This document shows, piece after piece, positions 38,790 through 51,719 of a stretch of 64,000 nucleotides of DNA; the first letter of the stretch is position 1, and each line of letters opens with the position of its first letter. The stretch is from the NCBI GenBank assembly GCA_038087875.1, contig CM075982.1:63116001-63180000 (forward strand). The letters run 5' to 3'. The notes below the pieces were generated by a model. The model saw only the letters and a list, made by a program, of their open reading frames with translations, was not told where the DNA came from and did no database searches. Origin of the DNA: Malacoraja senta (taxonomy: Eukaryota). The position numbers were made by a program, and so were the translations under genes.

Positions 38790-38958
38790 AAGAAAGAACT
38801 GCTGATGTTGGAAAAATCTAAGGTAGACAAAAATGCTGGAGAAACTCAGCTGGTGAGGCAGCATCTATGGAGCGAAGGAGTAGGTGACATTTCGGGCTGA
38901 GACCCTTCAGTCTGAAGAAGGGTCTCGACCCGAAACGTCACCTATTCCTTCGCTCCAT
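38790..38958. mobile_element. Inverted pair of Penelope-derived hammerhead modules
   Basis: A minus copy (38790-38911) abuts a plus copy (38911-38958); the two fold back over 38867-38958. Confidence 0.8.
38909..38945 (+). ncRNA. Putative minimal type I hammerhead ribozyme, best-preserved core in the window
   Basis: CUGAAGA 38912-38918, stem II GGGU-CUCG-ACCC, GAAA 38932-38935, palindromic ACGU helix III, GUC triplet 38937-38939. Activity is untested. Confidence 0.6.
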
Positions 38959-39520
38959 TGTTATTCGTATTAGTTCATTATTTTCACGTGTGCCGATATA
39001 GAGTGAAAGGTTTTACATGCGTGCATGCTATCCAGTCAAATCAAATAATATCACATATGTATACCATCAAGCCATAGCTAAGTAAAACAGGTAGTGCCAA
39101 GAGAAAAATACCTGAATGCAGAATATGGTGTTGCAACATAGCGTTAGAGTTGTAGAGAAAAGGTCCAAGATCGGCAATGAAGTAGGTTGGAAGATTGGGA
39201 CTACTCCCTAGCGTATGGGAGGATTATTTAGTAGTCTGATAACAGTGGGTTATAAGGTCATAAGAACATAAGTGATAGGAAAGTCTACTCCACCATTCAA
39301 TCATGGCTGATCTCTCCCTCCTAACCCCATTTGCTTGCCTTCCCCATAACCCCCAGCAGTGGGGAAGAAGCAGTTTCTGAATCTGGTAAATAGTTCCATG
39401 AAGGTGCATAGGGTTATGAAGAAAGCATTTGGCGTATTTGTCTTCATTGTTTCAGTTATTCAGTAAGAGAATTGGGACATTTAGTAATTGCTAATTTGAT
39501 TACAAGTCATAAGGGCGTAA

Positions 39521-39773
39521 GGATGGCACAGTGGCACACCTGTTAGAGCTACTATCTCAATGAAGACCCTGATTTTATCTTGACCTTGGGTGCTGCTGCA
39601 TGGAGCTTGCACATTTTCCCTGTGACCCTGTGGCTTTCCTCTCTCCCTGGTTTCTGCCCACATGCTTAAAGACTTCTAGGTTAATTAGCCTAAATTGGCT
39701 CTTGCATGTGGAGAGTGGATGCAAACGTGGGATAACTTAGAGCTAGTATGAATCGGTGATCAATGTTTGGCGT
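39521..39773 (+). mobile_element. V-SINE, diverged
   Basis: ggatggcacagtggcacac...tgaccttgggtgctgctgcatggagcttgcacattttccctgtgacc. Confidence 0.65.
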
Positions 39774-41965
39774 AAGATGTCACCCATCCTTTTCCTCCAG
39801 GCATGCTGCCTGACCCTGTAACCTGTTTAAGCATGATGATCAATAACCCATAAATTCAAATACCACTGAGAGTGGGTCTGGGATGTAGTGTGTTTTTTAA
39901 TCACTAATCTGCTGCAAAGTTCCAAGCAAATTGCTTCTGCAATTGTCATTGTGTTGACTACCTAATTTCACACAGGCTATTAGTGAAACATTGAGTGAAG
40001 TAAAAGTTGCCTCTCAGGGGAGAGAAGAAAATGTGGATGCACTGGAAAACCCACACAACTTTTATCAATCCCTTTATGTCTGGTTCCAGATTACAATTGG
40101 TAGAGAGAGACATGATGGATGCCCAACTTCCCAGTAAGGGAGTATGATCAGGAGAAGAGAAAGGAGCCTAAATAAACGTTTGAAAATTGATACAAATACT
40201 TAAACTGCATTAGCTCCATACAATGGATAATGTGATTATGATACATATGGCTGGCAGATGTAACTATTGCTCTCTGCTGGGAGTAAAACCTGTGTGACCC
40301 ACGTGAAATGAATGTTTTAGTACTTTGAGTCCATGTCATCTTGTGCATGTTTATTTAGGCATCCCCTAAAACTGAATTATTCCAGTGGGAGCTAGCTAGC
40401 TTAGCTTGTAGCCAGAATCAACTAATTTGTGGCAGATCTGTATTCCTGCCCTAATTCTGGAAGCAATATCCTTATGTTTGCTGTCTCCAATGCACCAACA
40501 AATTTCAAAGGATTTTATATTAGGAAATGATTGCTTACTTTTCTGATTAACTCTTTTATTGGCCTTTCATATTTTGATCTTCCTGCAAGTGTATTTTCAG
40601 GATACTGAATTTACGACTTAATTAATTCAGAAAATAGACAGTAACCTACTACCAGACTCATGCCAATGTTACAACAAAAGTGGCTATATTGCAGAATGAT
40701 TTATTTGCAAATGTTTCCTGTGTGAAGAATTCTAGTTTTATACTGCATACCTTGATCTGGAAGTTACTAAATTGTTTTTCATGTAATGGACCAGTATTCA
40801 TTATAAAAATTAATGTCTTGAAAATGTTGTTGTCAACTGTGTTTGAACTCAAAAGCGATTTAATTCTAATATACTATACTGCATTTGTATCTATCTGATC
40901 CTCCAGGATGTTGATTTTAATATTAACATTTTCATTTTTATAACCCTTTTTTATAACCCTTTGTGGTATTGCTTCTCTCTTATGCTTTAGTTTACAAACC
41001 AAAAATCTCATATTATTTTCCAGCATATAGCTTTTTACTTCCTCTCAAGTCCTTGTCTTCACTCCTATCTTCTGGAATATTTATTATATTGACTGGGCTG
41101 TAAACATAAGTTGGTGCCATTATTAGCATTCTCTGAATTTGGAAAAATGTCTAGTTTTTCTCTAACAACTTGAGGGAATAGTATTTAGTCACTGTATAGA
41201 ATTTGGAAACATTCACAAAAATGTTTAAACTGATGGAAATTTGTAATAAGCTATTGACTATTAGTCAAAGAACATAAAGTAATGATTATCAGTGTTCTTG
41301 TATTCTAAAAGAAAGATACCCAAAACATGTAAAGTTGCTGATAAATCATTAGACATTAAATTCTTTCAAAGTTTTGTAATTATACCTGAATGAATCCAGA
41401 CAAATCTAGGGATATAAAGGGCATTGACAGGAATTTACTCGTAAAATAGCAACACAATTGGTATTGGTATTGGTTTATTAATGTCATATGTACCAAGATA
41501 CACTGAAGAGATTTTATACTATACATGAACACAATCAAGCCATACACAAGCACAACAGATAGAACCAAGAGAAAAACATGAAAGGGAATAATAACGTTTT
41601 CAGTATTTGAGCATCATAGTTCCAGAAAAAAAGTCTGGTCTCCACATTAAGGTCGGTTGGAAGATTGGAACTAAACCCTATCTTATGGAAGAACTGTTCA
41701 GAAGTCTGATAACAGAGGGGAATAAGCTGTTCATGAGTCCGGTGGTATGTGCTTCCAAGCTTTTGTACCTTCTGCCTGACAGGAATGAGGAGAAGAGAGA
41801 ATGACCAGGATGTAAAAGGTCCTTGATTATGTTGGCTTCTTGAGACAATATGAAGTGTAGATGGAGTCAATGGTGGGGAGTCTGGTCTGCGAGATGGACT
41901 GGGCTACATCCTCAGCTCTCTTCAATTTCTTGTGGTCTTGGACAGAGCTGTTCCCAAATCAAGCT

Positions 41966-42287
41966 TTAGTTTAGTTTAGATTAGTTTAGTTTAGTTTAGT
42001 TTAGAAATACAGCATGGGAACAGGCCTTTCGGCCCACCGAGTCCACGCTGACCAGCGTTCACTAGTTCTATCCTACACACTAAGGACTTCTTACAGACGT
42101 TAAGTAACCTACAAACCTGCTCATCTTTGGAATGTGGGAGGAAACCGAAACACCCGGAGAAAATCCATACGGTCACAGGGAGAATGTGCAGTACAAACTC
42201 TGTAGAGACAGCACCCGAGGTTAGGATTCAACCTGGTTCTCTGACATTGTGAGGCAGCAACTCTACTGCTATGTCACTGTACAGCCC
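41966..42287 (-). mobile_element. HE1-like V-SINE nested in the Rex-like LINE
   Basis: (TTTAG)n tail, SINE core, caagct duplicated at 41960-41965 and 42288-42293. Confidence 0.85.
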
Positions 42288-42779
42288 CAAGCTGTGAGGC
42301 ATTCTGATAGTATGTTTTCTCCAGTGCAATTGTAGAAGCTGGTAGTAGTCGCAAGAGACATACTGAATTTCCTTAGTCTCCAAAGGAAATATAGGCATTG
42401 TTGTGTTTTTTTGGATGTATTTTCAATGTGGTTCGTTGAGGATAGATTGTTGGTAATATTTATGCCCAGGAACATGAAGCCTGCAGCCACTTACACCAGG
42501 ACCAGATTTGTTGATTGAGGCATGTACTCCACCATGCCATCTGAAGGAGCTAGTTATTCCTTTGTCTTGCTTCTATTCAGCTGTTAATTTGACGCAATGT
42601 TCCTCTTCCGGGAATCCATCTTGTCATAGCTTAAGATTCGGCCCACTATAGTGTCATCTGCAAACTTGTAGATGAAGTTAGCCCAGAATTTGGCCTCACA
42701 GTCATGTGGAATATAATAAGGGGCTGAGAATGCATGCTTGTGGGGCACCGGTTTTGAGAATTATTGTGGAGGATATATT

Positions 42780-45051
42780 ATAGACAATAGACAATGAAAA
42801 ATAGGTGCAGGAGTAGGCCATTCACAGAGCCAGCACCGCCATTCAATGTGATCATGGCCAATCATCCACAATCAGTACCCCGTTCTTGCTTTCTCTCCAT
42901 ATCCCTTAACTCTGCTATCCATAAGAGCTATATCTAACTCTCGTGAAAGCATCCAGAGAACCAGCCTCCACTGCCCTCTGAGGCAGAGAATTCCACACAC
43001 TCACAACTCTCTGTGTGAAAACGTTTTCCCTCATCTCCGTTCTAAATGGCTTACCACTTATTCTTAAACTATAGCCCCTAGTTCCGGACTCCCCCAACAT
43101 TGGGAACATGTTTTCCTGCCTCTAGCATGTCCAAACCCTTAATAATCTTATATGTTTCAATAAGATCCCCTCTCATCCATCTAAATTCCAGAGTATACAA
43201 GCCCAGCCGCTCCAATCTATCAACATATGACAGTCCCGCCATCCCGGGAATTAACCTTGTGAACCTACGCTGCACTCCCTCAATAGCAAGAATGTCCTTC
43301 CTGAAGTTTGGAGACCAAAACTGTACACAATACTCCAGGTGTGGTCTCACTAGGGCCCTGTACAAATGCAGGACCCTGTACTCTTTGCTCAACTCCTCTT
43401 GTTATGAAGGCCAACATGCCATTCGCTTTCTTCACTGCCTGCTGCACCTGCATGCTTACTTTCATTGACTGATGAACAAGGACCCCCAGATCCCATTGTA
43501 CTTTCCCTTTTCCCAATTTGACACCATTTAGATAATAATCTGCCTTCCTGTTTTTGCCACCAAAGTGGATATTCTCACATTTATCCACATTAAACTGCAT
43601 CTGCCATGCATCTGCCCACTCACCCAACCTGTCCAAGTCACCCTGCATTCTCACAGCATCCTCCTCACAGTTCACACTGCCACCCAGCTTTGTGTCATCT
43701 GCAAATTTGCAAATGTTACTTTTAATCCCTTCATCCAAATCATTAATATATATTGTAAATAGCTGTGGTCCCAGCACCGAGCCTTGCAGTACCCCACTTG
43801 TCACTGCCTGCCATTCTGAAAGGGACCCGTTACTTCCTACCCTTTGTTTCCTGTCTGCCAACCAATTTTCTATCCATGTCAGCACCCTACCCCCAATTCC
43901 ATGTGCTCTAATTTTGCCCACTAATCTCCTATGTGGGACCTTATCAAACGCTTTCTGAAAGTCTAGGTACACTACATCCACTGGCTCTCCCTTGTCCATT
44001 ATCCTGGTTACATCCTCAAAAAATTCCAGAAGATGTTAAGCACGATTTCCCCTTCGTAAATCCATGCTGACTCAGACCGATCCTGCTACTGCTATCCAAA
44101 TGTGCCATTATTTCATCTTTTATTATTGACTCCAGCATCTTCCCCACCACCGATGTCAGGCTAACTGGTCTATAATTCCCTGTTTTCTCTCTGCCGCCCT
44201 TCTTAAAAAGTGGGATAACATTAGCTACCCTCCAATCCACAGGAACTGATTCTGAATCTATAGAACATTGGAAAATGATCACCAGAGCGTCCACGATTTC
44301 TAGAGCCACTTCCTTAAGTACCCTGGGATGCAGACCATCAGGCCCTGGGGATTTATCAGCCTTCAGTCCCATCAGTCTACCCAACACCATTTCCTGCCTA
44401 ATATGAATTTCCTTCAGTTCCTCCAAAACCCTATGTCCTCTGGCCACTAGTACACCTGGGAGATTGTTTGTGTCTTCCCTAGTGAAGACAGATCCAAAGA
44501 ACGTGTTGAACTCGTCTGCCATTTCCTTGTTCCCCATAATAAATTCACCCTTTTCAGTCTTCAAGGGTCCAACTTTGGCCTTAACTAGTTTTTTCCTCTT
44601 CACATACCTAAAGAAGCTTTTACTATCCTCCTTTATATTCTTGGCTAGCTTATCTTCGTACCTCATCTTTTCTCCCCTTATTGCCTTTTTAGTTATCTTC
44701 TGTTGCTCTTAAAAAGTTACCCAATCCTCTGGCTTCCCGCTCATCTTTGCTATGTTATATTTCTTCTCTTATAATTTTATACACTCCCTGACTTCCCTTG
44801 TCAGCCACGGTCACCCCTTACTCCCCTTGGAATCTTTCTTCCTCTTTGGAATGAACTGATCCTGCACCGTCTGTATTATTCCCAGAAATACCTGCCATTG
44901 TTGTTCCACTGTCACCCCTACTAGGGTATCTTTCCAGTCAACTTTGGCCAACTCCTCCCTCATGGCTCCATAGTCCCCTCTGCTCAACTGTAATACCGAC
45001 ACCTCCGATTTACCCTTTGCCCTCTCAAATTGTAGATTAAAACTTATCATA
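42780..45051 (-). mobile_element. CR1 LINE ORF2 fragment, ~2.3 kb, few frameshifts
   Basis: ORFs 44811..45050, 44016..44666 (SPGPDGLHPRVLKE, NYRPVSLTS), 43280..43999 (SVLGPQLF, FADDTKL) and 43078..43392; (TATTGTC)n tail. Confidence 0.95.
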
Positions 45052-45879
45052 TAGATTGTTGCCTATCCTTACTGATTGTGATCTACGGGTCAGAAAGTAG
45101 AGAATCCAGTGGCAGAGGGGTTGCTGGTTCCTAGATTCAGGAGTTTGGAGATGAGTTTAGATGGGATTATGGTGCTGAAAGCGGAGCTATAGTCAATAAG
45201 TAGGAGTCTGACGTACTGTACATGTCCTTGTTATCTCGATATTGCAGTGTTGAGTGTAGGGCCAGGGAGATGGTGTCTGCTGTGGGCCTGTTGTGACTAT
45301 AAGCAAAATGCAGTGGATCAAGGCTGTCTGAAAGAAAGAAAACAATTGCAGTGCTCTTCCATCAACTGTTCTTTGTTCATTAATTGAATCTACGTGTTTA
45401 GGCGAAATGGAACACAATGGAACACATTTTTTTCTATTTGTCAAAGTAAGCTTTGACAAAGTGTATCAGTTTATCCTGCCTAAGAGGTGATACTATTGTC
45501 TTTGATTTGTGACATGGTAAAATGTCGTTTGTAAGTAAAAACAACATTGCAGCTTATAATACCTAAGAGTTATCTTTCAGTTCCACTGTGAAAATAACTC
45601 TTTTCCTAAGTTTGATATAATTGCCCAGAGGAGCTTCAGATCAATATTGCCACCTTAAGGTAACATTTTGTTACAACAGTACTTCATGCACAAACTTGGT
45701 GGATGGAAGTTAGATTTTAAGCAACAACGTTACTTGGTAGTGCAATTTGTCTTTTGTACATGCAAGGAAAATAAATGTTAGCTATGCATCAAAAAGACAT
45801 AGAACATGTTTGAGTTTTCACTAAAGTGACAATGATTCAGGTTTCGGAGTCAGCTAACCCCAGCTGAGTTAATTAGTTG

Positions 45880-46008
45880 GAAGGAACTGCAGATGCTGGT
45901 TTACACACAAAGGATCTGAAGAAGGATCTCACCCAAAATATCACCTATTCCTTTTCTCCAGAGATGCTGCCTGACCCGCTGAGCTACTCCAGCAATTTTT
46001 ATCTAACT
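45880..46008 (+). mobile_element. Penelope-derived module preceded by a short inverted tail fragment
   Basis: ggaaggaactgcagatgctggttta (minus tail), then tctgaagaaggatctcacccaaaatatcacctattcc... Confidence 0.7.
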
Positions 46009-48470
46009 TCTGAGTTAATTAATGTTGAACTGAACAGCTCTAGGAATTGGTGAATAGTAATGGTAGATATTTGAAACTCTTTGGTTTGAGTTCTGACCCG
46101 TTTATATGGAGGTTTGATACATATGAACATTCAATCAAAAATTTAGAATATACCACTAGACGACAATTTTTTTTACAGTTAGCAGTAAAATAGATTTTAC
46201 AGAGCAGTCTGACTTCCAGTCTGTGTGCACTATTTTCTCTATTAATTATTGGAAAAGGAGAAAATGGTAACTTAAAAATACGTTCTAGGGTAAAAGCATA
46301 ATACCACAGATACAAAAATCTGAAATAAAAATATAATTAAATGTGGACATAGCTAACAAATACTAATGAAGGTGCTCATGGCGATTTTCAACTTCTTCCA
46401 CCTGGAGTATAATGATGATCAAAATGATTAAATTCCTCTTCCATGCATCAGTGAATCTCCTGTGAGAGCATCATAGATTCATAGAATTATGTAAATCCGT
46501 TCCGCATTAAGTCATGATTCCAAATAGATCTTATGTGGAAAGTGAGGTCAGGAGAAGAGTGTCTTTCTCCAGGTGTCATCAGGATATATTGTGTCACTGG
46601 TATCATAAATTCCACTCTTCCTCAAACCTATTATCCATGATTCCAACAAAAATGATTGAAAACTTTTCAGACTACTTTCTAGAATTAAAGTATCAATGAG
46701 CTGAATAGAAACATACAGCATGAAAACAGGCCCTTCAGCCCAACTTGCCCATGTTGACCAAGATGCCTCATCTGCACTAGTCCTACCTGCCCACGTTTGA
46801 CCCATATCTCTCTAACCCTTTCTTATCCATGTAAGAAATGTCTTTTAAAAGTTATTATATGGAACATTTAACAACATAACAACATTTAACAACATTATGC
46901 TTAAGAATACTTAAAATTAGAATAGATGTTAAAATATTGAAAGTTATTTTTAAATGTTAACAATATTTCAGTGTATGCTGTGTTTGCAGGGTAATGCAGT
47001 GTAAAATGTATTCACTGTCCATGAGAATACATTGTGAACGGGTAGTCAGGCAGCTTGATGGCACACGAGTCATTGAACATCTGAGATCCCTTTGACCTTA
47101 AACTTGACAGAAACCAATACTAAAAAAGAAACAAAGGAAGTTGACACCCCTTTGTCGGTAGATTTCTTTGTAGACAATGGTGAATGTTACTAACTGCAAA
47201 ATCCAGAGTTTGGCTCTAATTATTTTCTTCTAAGACGACTAAAAAAAATGTATTGAAATGATCCTGAATTAAATTAATGACTTATCCTTCTTCTCACTGG
47301 CCAATACACTTAGAATTCACCACTAACATTTGATTCATATAACTCCTTGAAGTTTCCTGTGAGAATTGCTTTTCCATGTTAAAACCCCCACCATGTATGA
47401 ATTATTATTTTACGGGTATGACATTTAGGATAATCAGGTGCAAGAGTAATAAAATTACATAGTACAAAATATCATAGATATGCTGACATTTTTTATAAGC
47501 ATATATAAACATGATATTCCATGACATTGCTGATAAAAAATCTCATTAAGAAGCAAGATAGTAAGGTTTTGTTATAAACTTTACACATCCATTTCAAGTA
47601 ACTTCACCAAATAGCAGATTTTGGAAGCTAGAAATAATAGTAGATAGCTAAGAATATTTTAATGAAAATGACACTAGATGGTGAATAAATGGAATGAGTT
47701 GCCAGAGAAGATAGTTGAGGCAGGTACAATAACAACAATTAAAGGACAAGTGGACAGGTACATGGATAGGAAAGATTCAGAGGGATATGGGCCACACATC
47801 ACCGTTAAACTTTGTCTTAAGCTCTGCCCTCTAGTCTTTGACAAGTCGGGTTCAATTGGAAATTAATTTCAACTTCCCCCTGTAGATCTCTTCACTTTCT
47901 CTGCTCTGCTTCCAGTGGATAGGCTGTAATTGGGAACTTTGCAGAGACATGTAATGCACTGATACATTTTCTATCTGGAGCAAATTATTGATGAATTCTA
48001 TACATTATTCATTGAGCTTATAAAATAAATCTTAAATGGGTTCCATAGTCACTTCTTCATAAATGAATTGAAACTTCCAAGTAATAATATTTTTGTATCA
48101 TTTGCCATGCTGTTTAATTATCTAACTGAAGGATTCCAGTCAGTTGAGAAACAAAAACTCATTTTAGTGGGCTTTTCATTTCCACGGATACCGGAATTGG
48201 AAATAAATTTAAGGTCTTACATTGTTTGCATTATAACACAACCCTCAAGGCAAAATAAAGGTTAACATTTGGTGTTTATATTTGGGAATATAATGTCACA
48301 TCGGAAAACTGTATTTCTCCAATGAAACTCTGACATATCTATATGGCAAATGCAGTAAAAAAATACAAACTGATAAAATGTAATAGTTCATGTCCAGAGA
48401 TATTTTTAAAAACTGTGGATATTTTTATTCTCTGTTTTTAATTTCACTTCTACCCTTTACTTTATTATAG

Positions 48471-48600
48471 TCCATTTGATGCTGATGAAACATCAGTAAC
48501 CTCTGGCTCAGTTTCCAAATTCTCTTGGCCAAGTAGAAAAGGCTCTGTGTACAACTGGACACCACCCAGCACCCCCAGCTTCAAGGACAAGTACTTCTCT
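48471..48600 (+). CDS. RIPOR3: RIPOR3 coding exon 11 (PFD...SRKGSVYNWTPPSTPSFKDKYFS)
   Basis: ttatag acceptor, GTGAGT donor; NWTPPSTPSF is what favours RIPOR3 over RIPOR1/2. Confidence 0.93.
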
Positions 48601-48884
48601 GTGAGTATCACTATAAGAATATTTCATATTACAGCATTTCTATAACCTTTGGCAGTCAAAATGATAAATTAAATTAATCCAAAAAGGAAATAGATGCCAG
48701 GTGTTGACTTTAAGAAGTAGATTGTATGATATAAACCTGCACTATCATAGGCTTGTACCAAATAGCACAAACTGCAAAATAGTCTTCATAGTAACCATAT
48801 AAAGCTTGATAATTTGATTTTGTTATAACAATTTAATTGTGAATGGATGTATTAATCTTCTGTTTTCTGTTCTTTTGCAAGCAG

Positions 48885-49535
48885 CACATTAGACAAGAGG
48901 ACAAACTGCCTTCATTATATCAGGAAACAAAAGGAACTTTCATTTTTAATCACTCAGGAAATTGTTTCCACAATACACATTTGTCATCTGTGCCTGAAAA
49001 TGAAAAATTTTATAATTATGCAAACTTAGATAAACAAGGAGGCAATGACAACGGATATGGTGCAATAGATTTCCAAGAAGTATCCCAATCTCTCCAGGAC
49101 AGCCTCTCTACAGAAAGAACTGTGCAACCACCACACGTAGAACCCAAAACTCCAGATCAAGGAGAATTTCAAAAGGATTCACCACGAGCAAGACAATTAC
49201 AGAGTTGTTCAGCATTGGCAGAATCTGTTTTGCACAAGGGACCACAGCTGAGGCTTAGGAGACCCACTGGGAAACCTGCTGGACAGGAGTCAACTGGCCA
49301 AGCCTGGAGCACAGATATTACAGATCCATTGAATTCACAAACATCTTCGACAATATCCTGTACACACAGAAGTAGCGCTTCAATCTGTTCTGAAAATCTC
49401 AAGGCAAATTTCACTTCAGTAGATATAGGAAACATCCTTCAAGAAATATTGATTATCCTGAGGACAGACCAAAGAAACTATAAAGAAATACAAAATCTAG
49501 AGCAGCAGATTCTGCACTTAGGAGATATCCTTAAG
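48885..49535 (+). CDS. RIPOR3: RIPOR3 coding exon 12, large divergent Ser/Gln-rich linker (could start at 48882)
   Basis: Inside ORF 48843..49541. Tandem AAG/CAG acceptor after a pyrimidine tract, donor GTATAG. Ends LQEILIILR...LEQQILHLGDILK, like LQEVLELLR...LEYQVLGFRDRLK. Confidence 0.85.
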
Positions 49536-50894
49536 GTATAGTGCCAGCATTATTTAAGCAAGTATATTAACAATAAATCTGAATAATGGAGTCAGTATTT
49601 TAATTTGTTTCAGGGAAATATAGGTCAGAAATGTAATATTTAGGTTAAATATGTAAATTGCTGCTCATTTTAAATGCAAAACACTAAATAGCCACTATCC
49701 ATTTAGCTGAGAAAGTTCTGAATTAGGAATCAGATTAATTTCTCAGTCTTTTTGAAGGTACTATTTTGTTTCATGTCTAGAAATTTGGGATGAGAATTAA
49801 TTGTGATTTGAAAAAATATTCAATTGCTTCAATCTGAAAGTATCTCATAACGGTGCTGGCTCGAAGGGCTGAATGGCCTACTCCTGCACCTATTGTCTAA
49901 AGTTGAAATCTACTTCTAGAGCATTTTAGGAAGTATGATTTGTTTTTTCCAAGTGTTCTTTTTATCTGTTATAGAGTTAGTGTTATAAGTGTTATAGAGA
50001 AAAACAATATTCTAAGGAAGCTAGCGGAAGCTAGCGGTGAAAAGGTACAAGCTTATTTTTATATTAAGCATAAACTATGGTTTTAACTTTTTTTCTTGTT
50101 TTAATTCCAAATGATCCCTCTCTAGATCCTTTCCTATCAACAGAATAAACTTTGGTATGTTTCTGCATGACAGCCATCTGTTCTGCCAGTTCATAATTCT
50201 CGAATCAATTATGGCAGGATCCAAACATAAATCTATTGAGTGGTATTGTATCTTGGGTTGTAGAAGATTGGAACTTTTATTTTTTAAATTTATTTTACAT
50301 TCTTTAAACATCGAGTATTTTGATGAAAATAGATCACCCGACTTAGTTAGAGTCCAATAAAGAAGAAGAGAAAAGTTGGAAATGTTTAACAGATCAGTTA
50401 GCATCTAAAAAATAAGCTTTTTAATTTTAAGCCGGGCATATCCCCAGGTTGGCACCAAATTCATTTTTTAGCTTTAAAAGGCATCTAGCCTTGCTCAATG
50501 TACCAGATTGTAAATGCTCTGCCAGGTTATAAATGAAGTAATTCCCAGACATGGACTCCCTGTCTCTGACCCTCTGCATTGCTGCACTTACTTGTATCCA
50601 ATGAGGTTCGTCAGAAACAAATTCAGAGTGTTGGCGTCCCCCTATTTTAAGTCCCTTTTCTGAATATCTGGAGTGGTGATACTTGCTTTCAAGTAGATAG
50701 TTGAAAGTATCATTCTTATCATAGCATTTATGCAATGTTTGAAATCGCAGAAAGAAATCCAAGCACTGAAGGTAATACAAAAAATGTCAGTGGGCAATTA
50801 TATTGCCAAAAGAGCCAACAGGTGAACTCAGTGATGAACTCCTTAAAAAGGCAGAAATAGTGCCAGATGTCTACGAAAATACAAAATGGGTGCC

Positions 50895-51385
50895 AAGTAT
50901 TTTCTGATCATGCCAGATAGAGTTTAATCTGAACAAGTGTGAGGTGTTGCACTTTGGGAGGATGTTAAATGTAAGGGGAAAATATACAATTAATAGGATG
51001 ACCCTTAACACCATTAATGTATAGAGTGATCTTGTGGCCCAAGTCCATAACTCCCTGAAAGTGGCAACACAAGTAAATAGAGTGGTTCGTTCGTTCGTGT
51101 GTCAGATGATGTAGCTCGCTGTTGGCTTCGGTCATCGTCCAACATGTTGACAGAACTGTCGCCCGACGTGTCACAGAGTACATCTCGTCGTCGCTTCCAG
51201 GGATCGCCAGGGATCGCCACGAGGAGGCTTCTGTCATGATCCCTAATAGAGTGGTAAAGAGGGGTTATGGTATACATGCATTCATAGGTCGGGGCATTGC
51301 ATATGTCAGGAAGTCATAATGCAGGTATACAGGACTTCAGGTAGGCCATATTTGGAGTATTGCATGCAGTTCTGCTCACCCCATC
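50895..51385 (+). mobile_element. Decayed CR1 fragment interrupted at 51087-51244
   Basis: gagtttaatctgaacaagtgtgaggtgttgcactttgg...gtaggccatatttggagtattgcatgcagttctg. Confidence 0.75.
51087..51244 (-). mobile_element. 158-bp 5'-truncated retroposon with (ACGA)n tail, possibly Vingi/Ingi-like
   Basis: Perfect 11-bp TSD aatagagtggt at 51076-51086 and 51245-51255; CpG-rich. Confidence 0.7.
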
Positions 51386-51582
51386 ACCAGATTTGACCAA
51401 ATGAAAATATATGATTGTAAAATGCACCATAATCCACTAAACACACAAATTAGTATAATTTATAAAATATGGGAGCAATTTACAAACCAGTAACATATCC
51501 CATGATTTACAGTGACTATTAAAGATTGAACTGATCAATAAGAATATATTTGTTTAAATACTGTGCTCTTTGTTATAAACAG

Positions 51583-51719
51583 AAAGAAGTTACAGTCAGC
51601 AGAAGTACATCGACTGTCAGTCTGAGTGTTGAAACAGTGCTGGAAAGTTTCAACTTTCTAAATGCTGACTCCATTGATAATCTTTCATATTCTGGGAGTG
51701 TGAGGATGAAGCCTGAAAG
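51583..51719 (+). CDS. RIPOR3: RIPOR3 coding exon 13 (KEVTVSRSTSTVSLSVETVLESFNFLNAD...)
   Basis: aacag acceptor, GTAGAG donor; LESFxFLNAD motif. Confidence 0.9.

Larger units (their letters stand above)
41458..45330 (-). mobile_element. Rex1/Babar-like LINE hosting a nested SINE and a nested CR1
   Basis: ORF 42269..42490 (FLGINIT..LYFLWRLRKFSMS..FYNCT.ENILSECLTAW) is a Rex1-type RT C-terminus. RT sequence resumes after the CR1 at about 45052. Confidence 0.75.

Noticed and set aside
43280-44666. Long RT ORFs as an active or domesticated gene
   Set aside because: Frameshifted, 5'-truncated CR1 ORF2, lacking an intact endonuclease.
48843-49541. 232-aa ORF as a standalone gene
   Set aside because: It is RIPOR3 exon 12 plus intronic flanks; its ATG is upstream of the acceptor.
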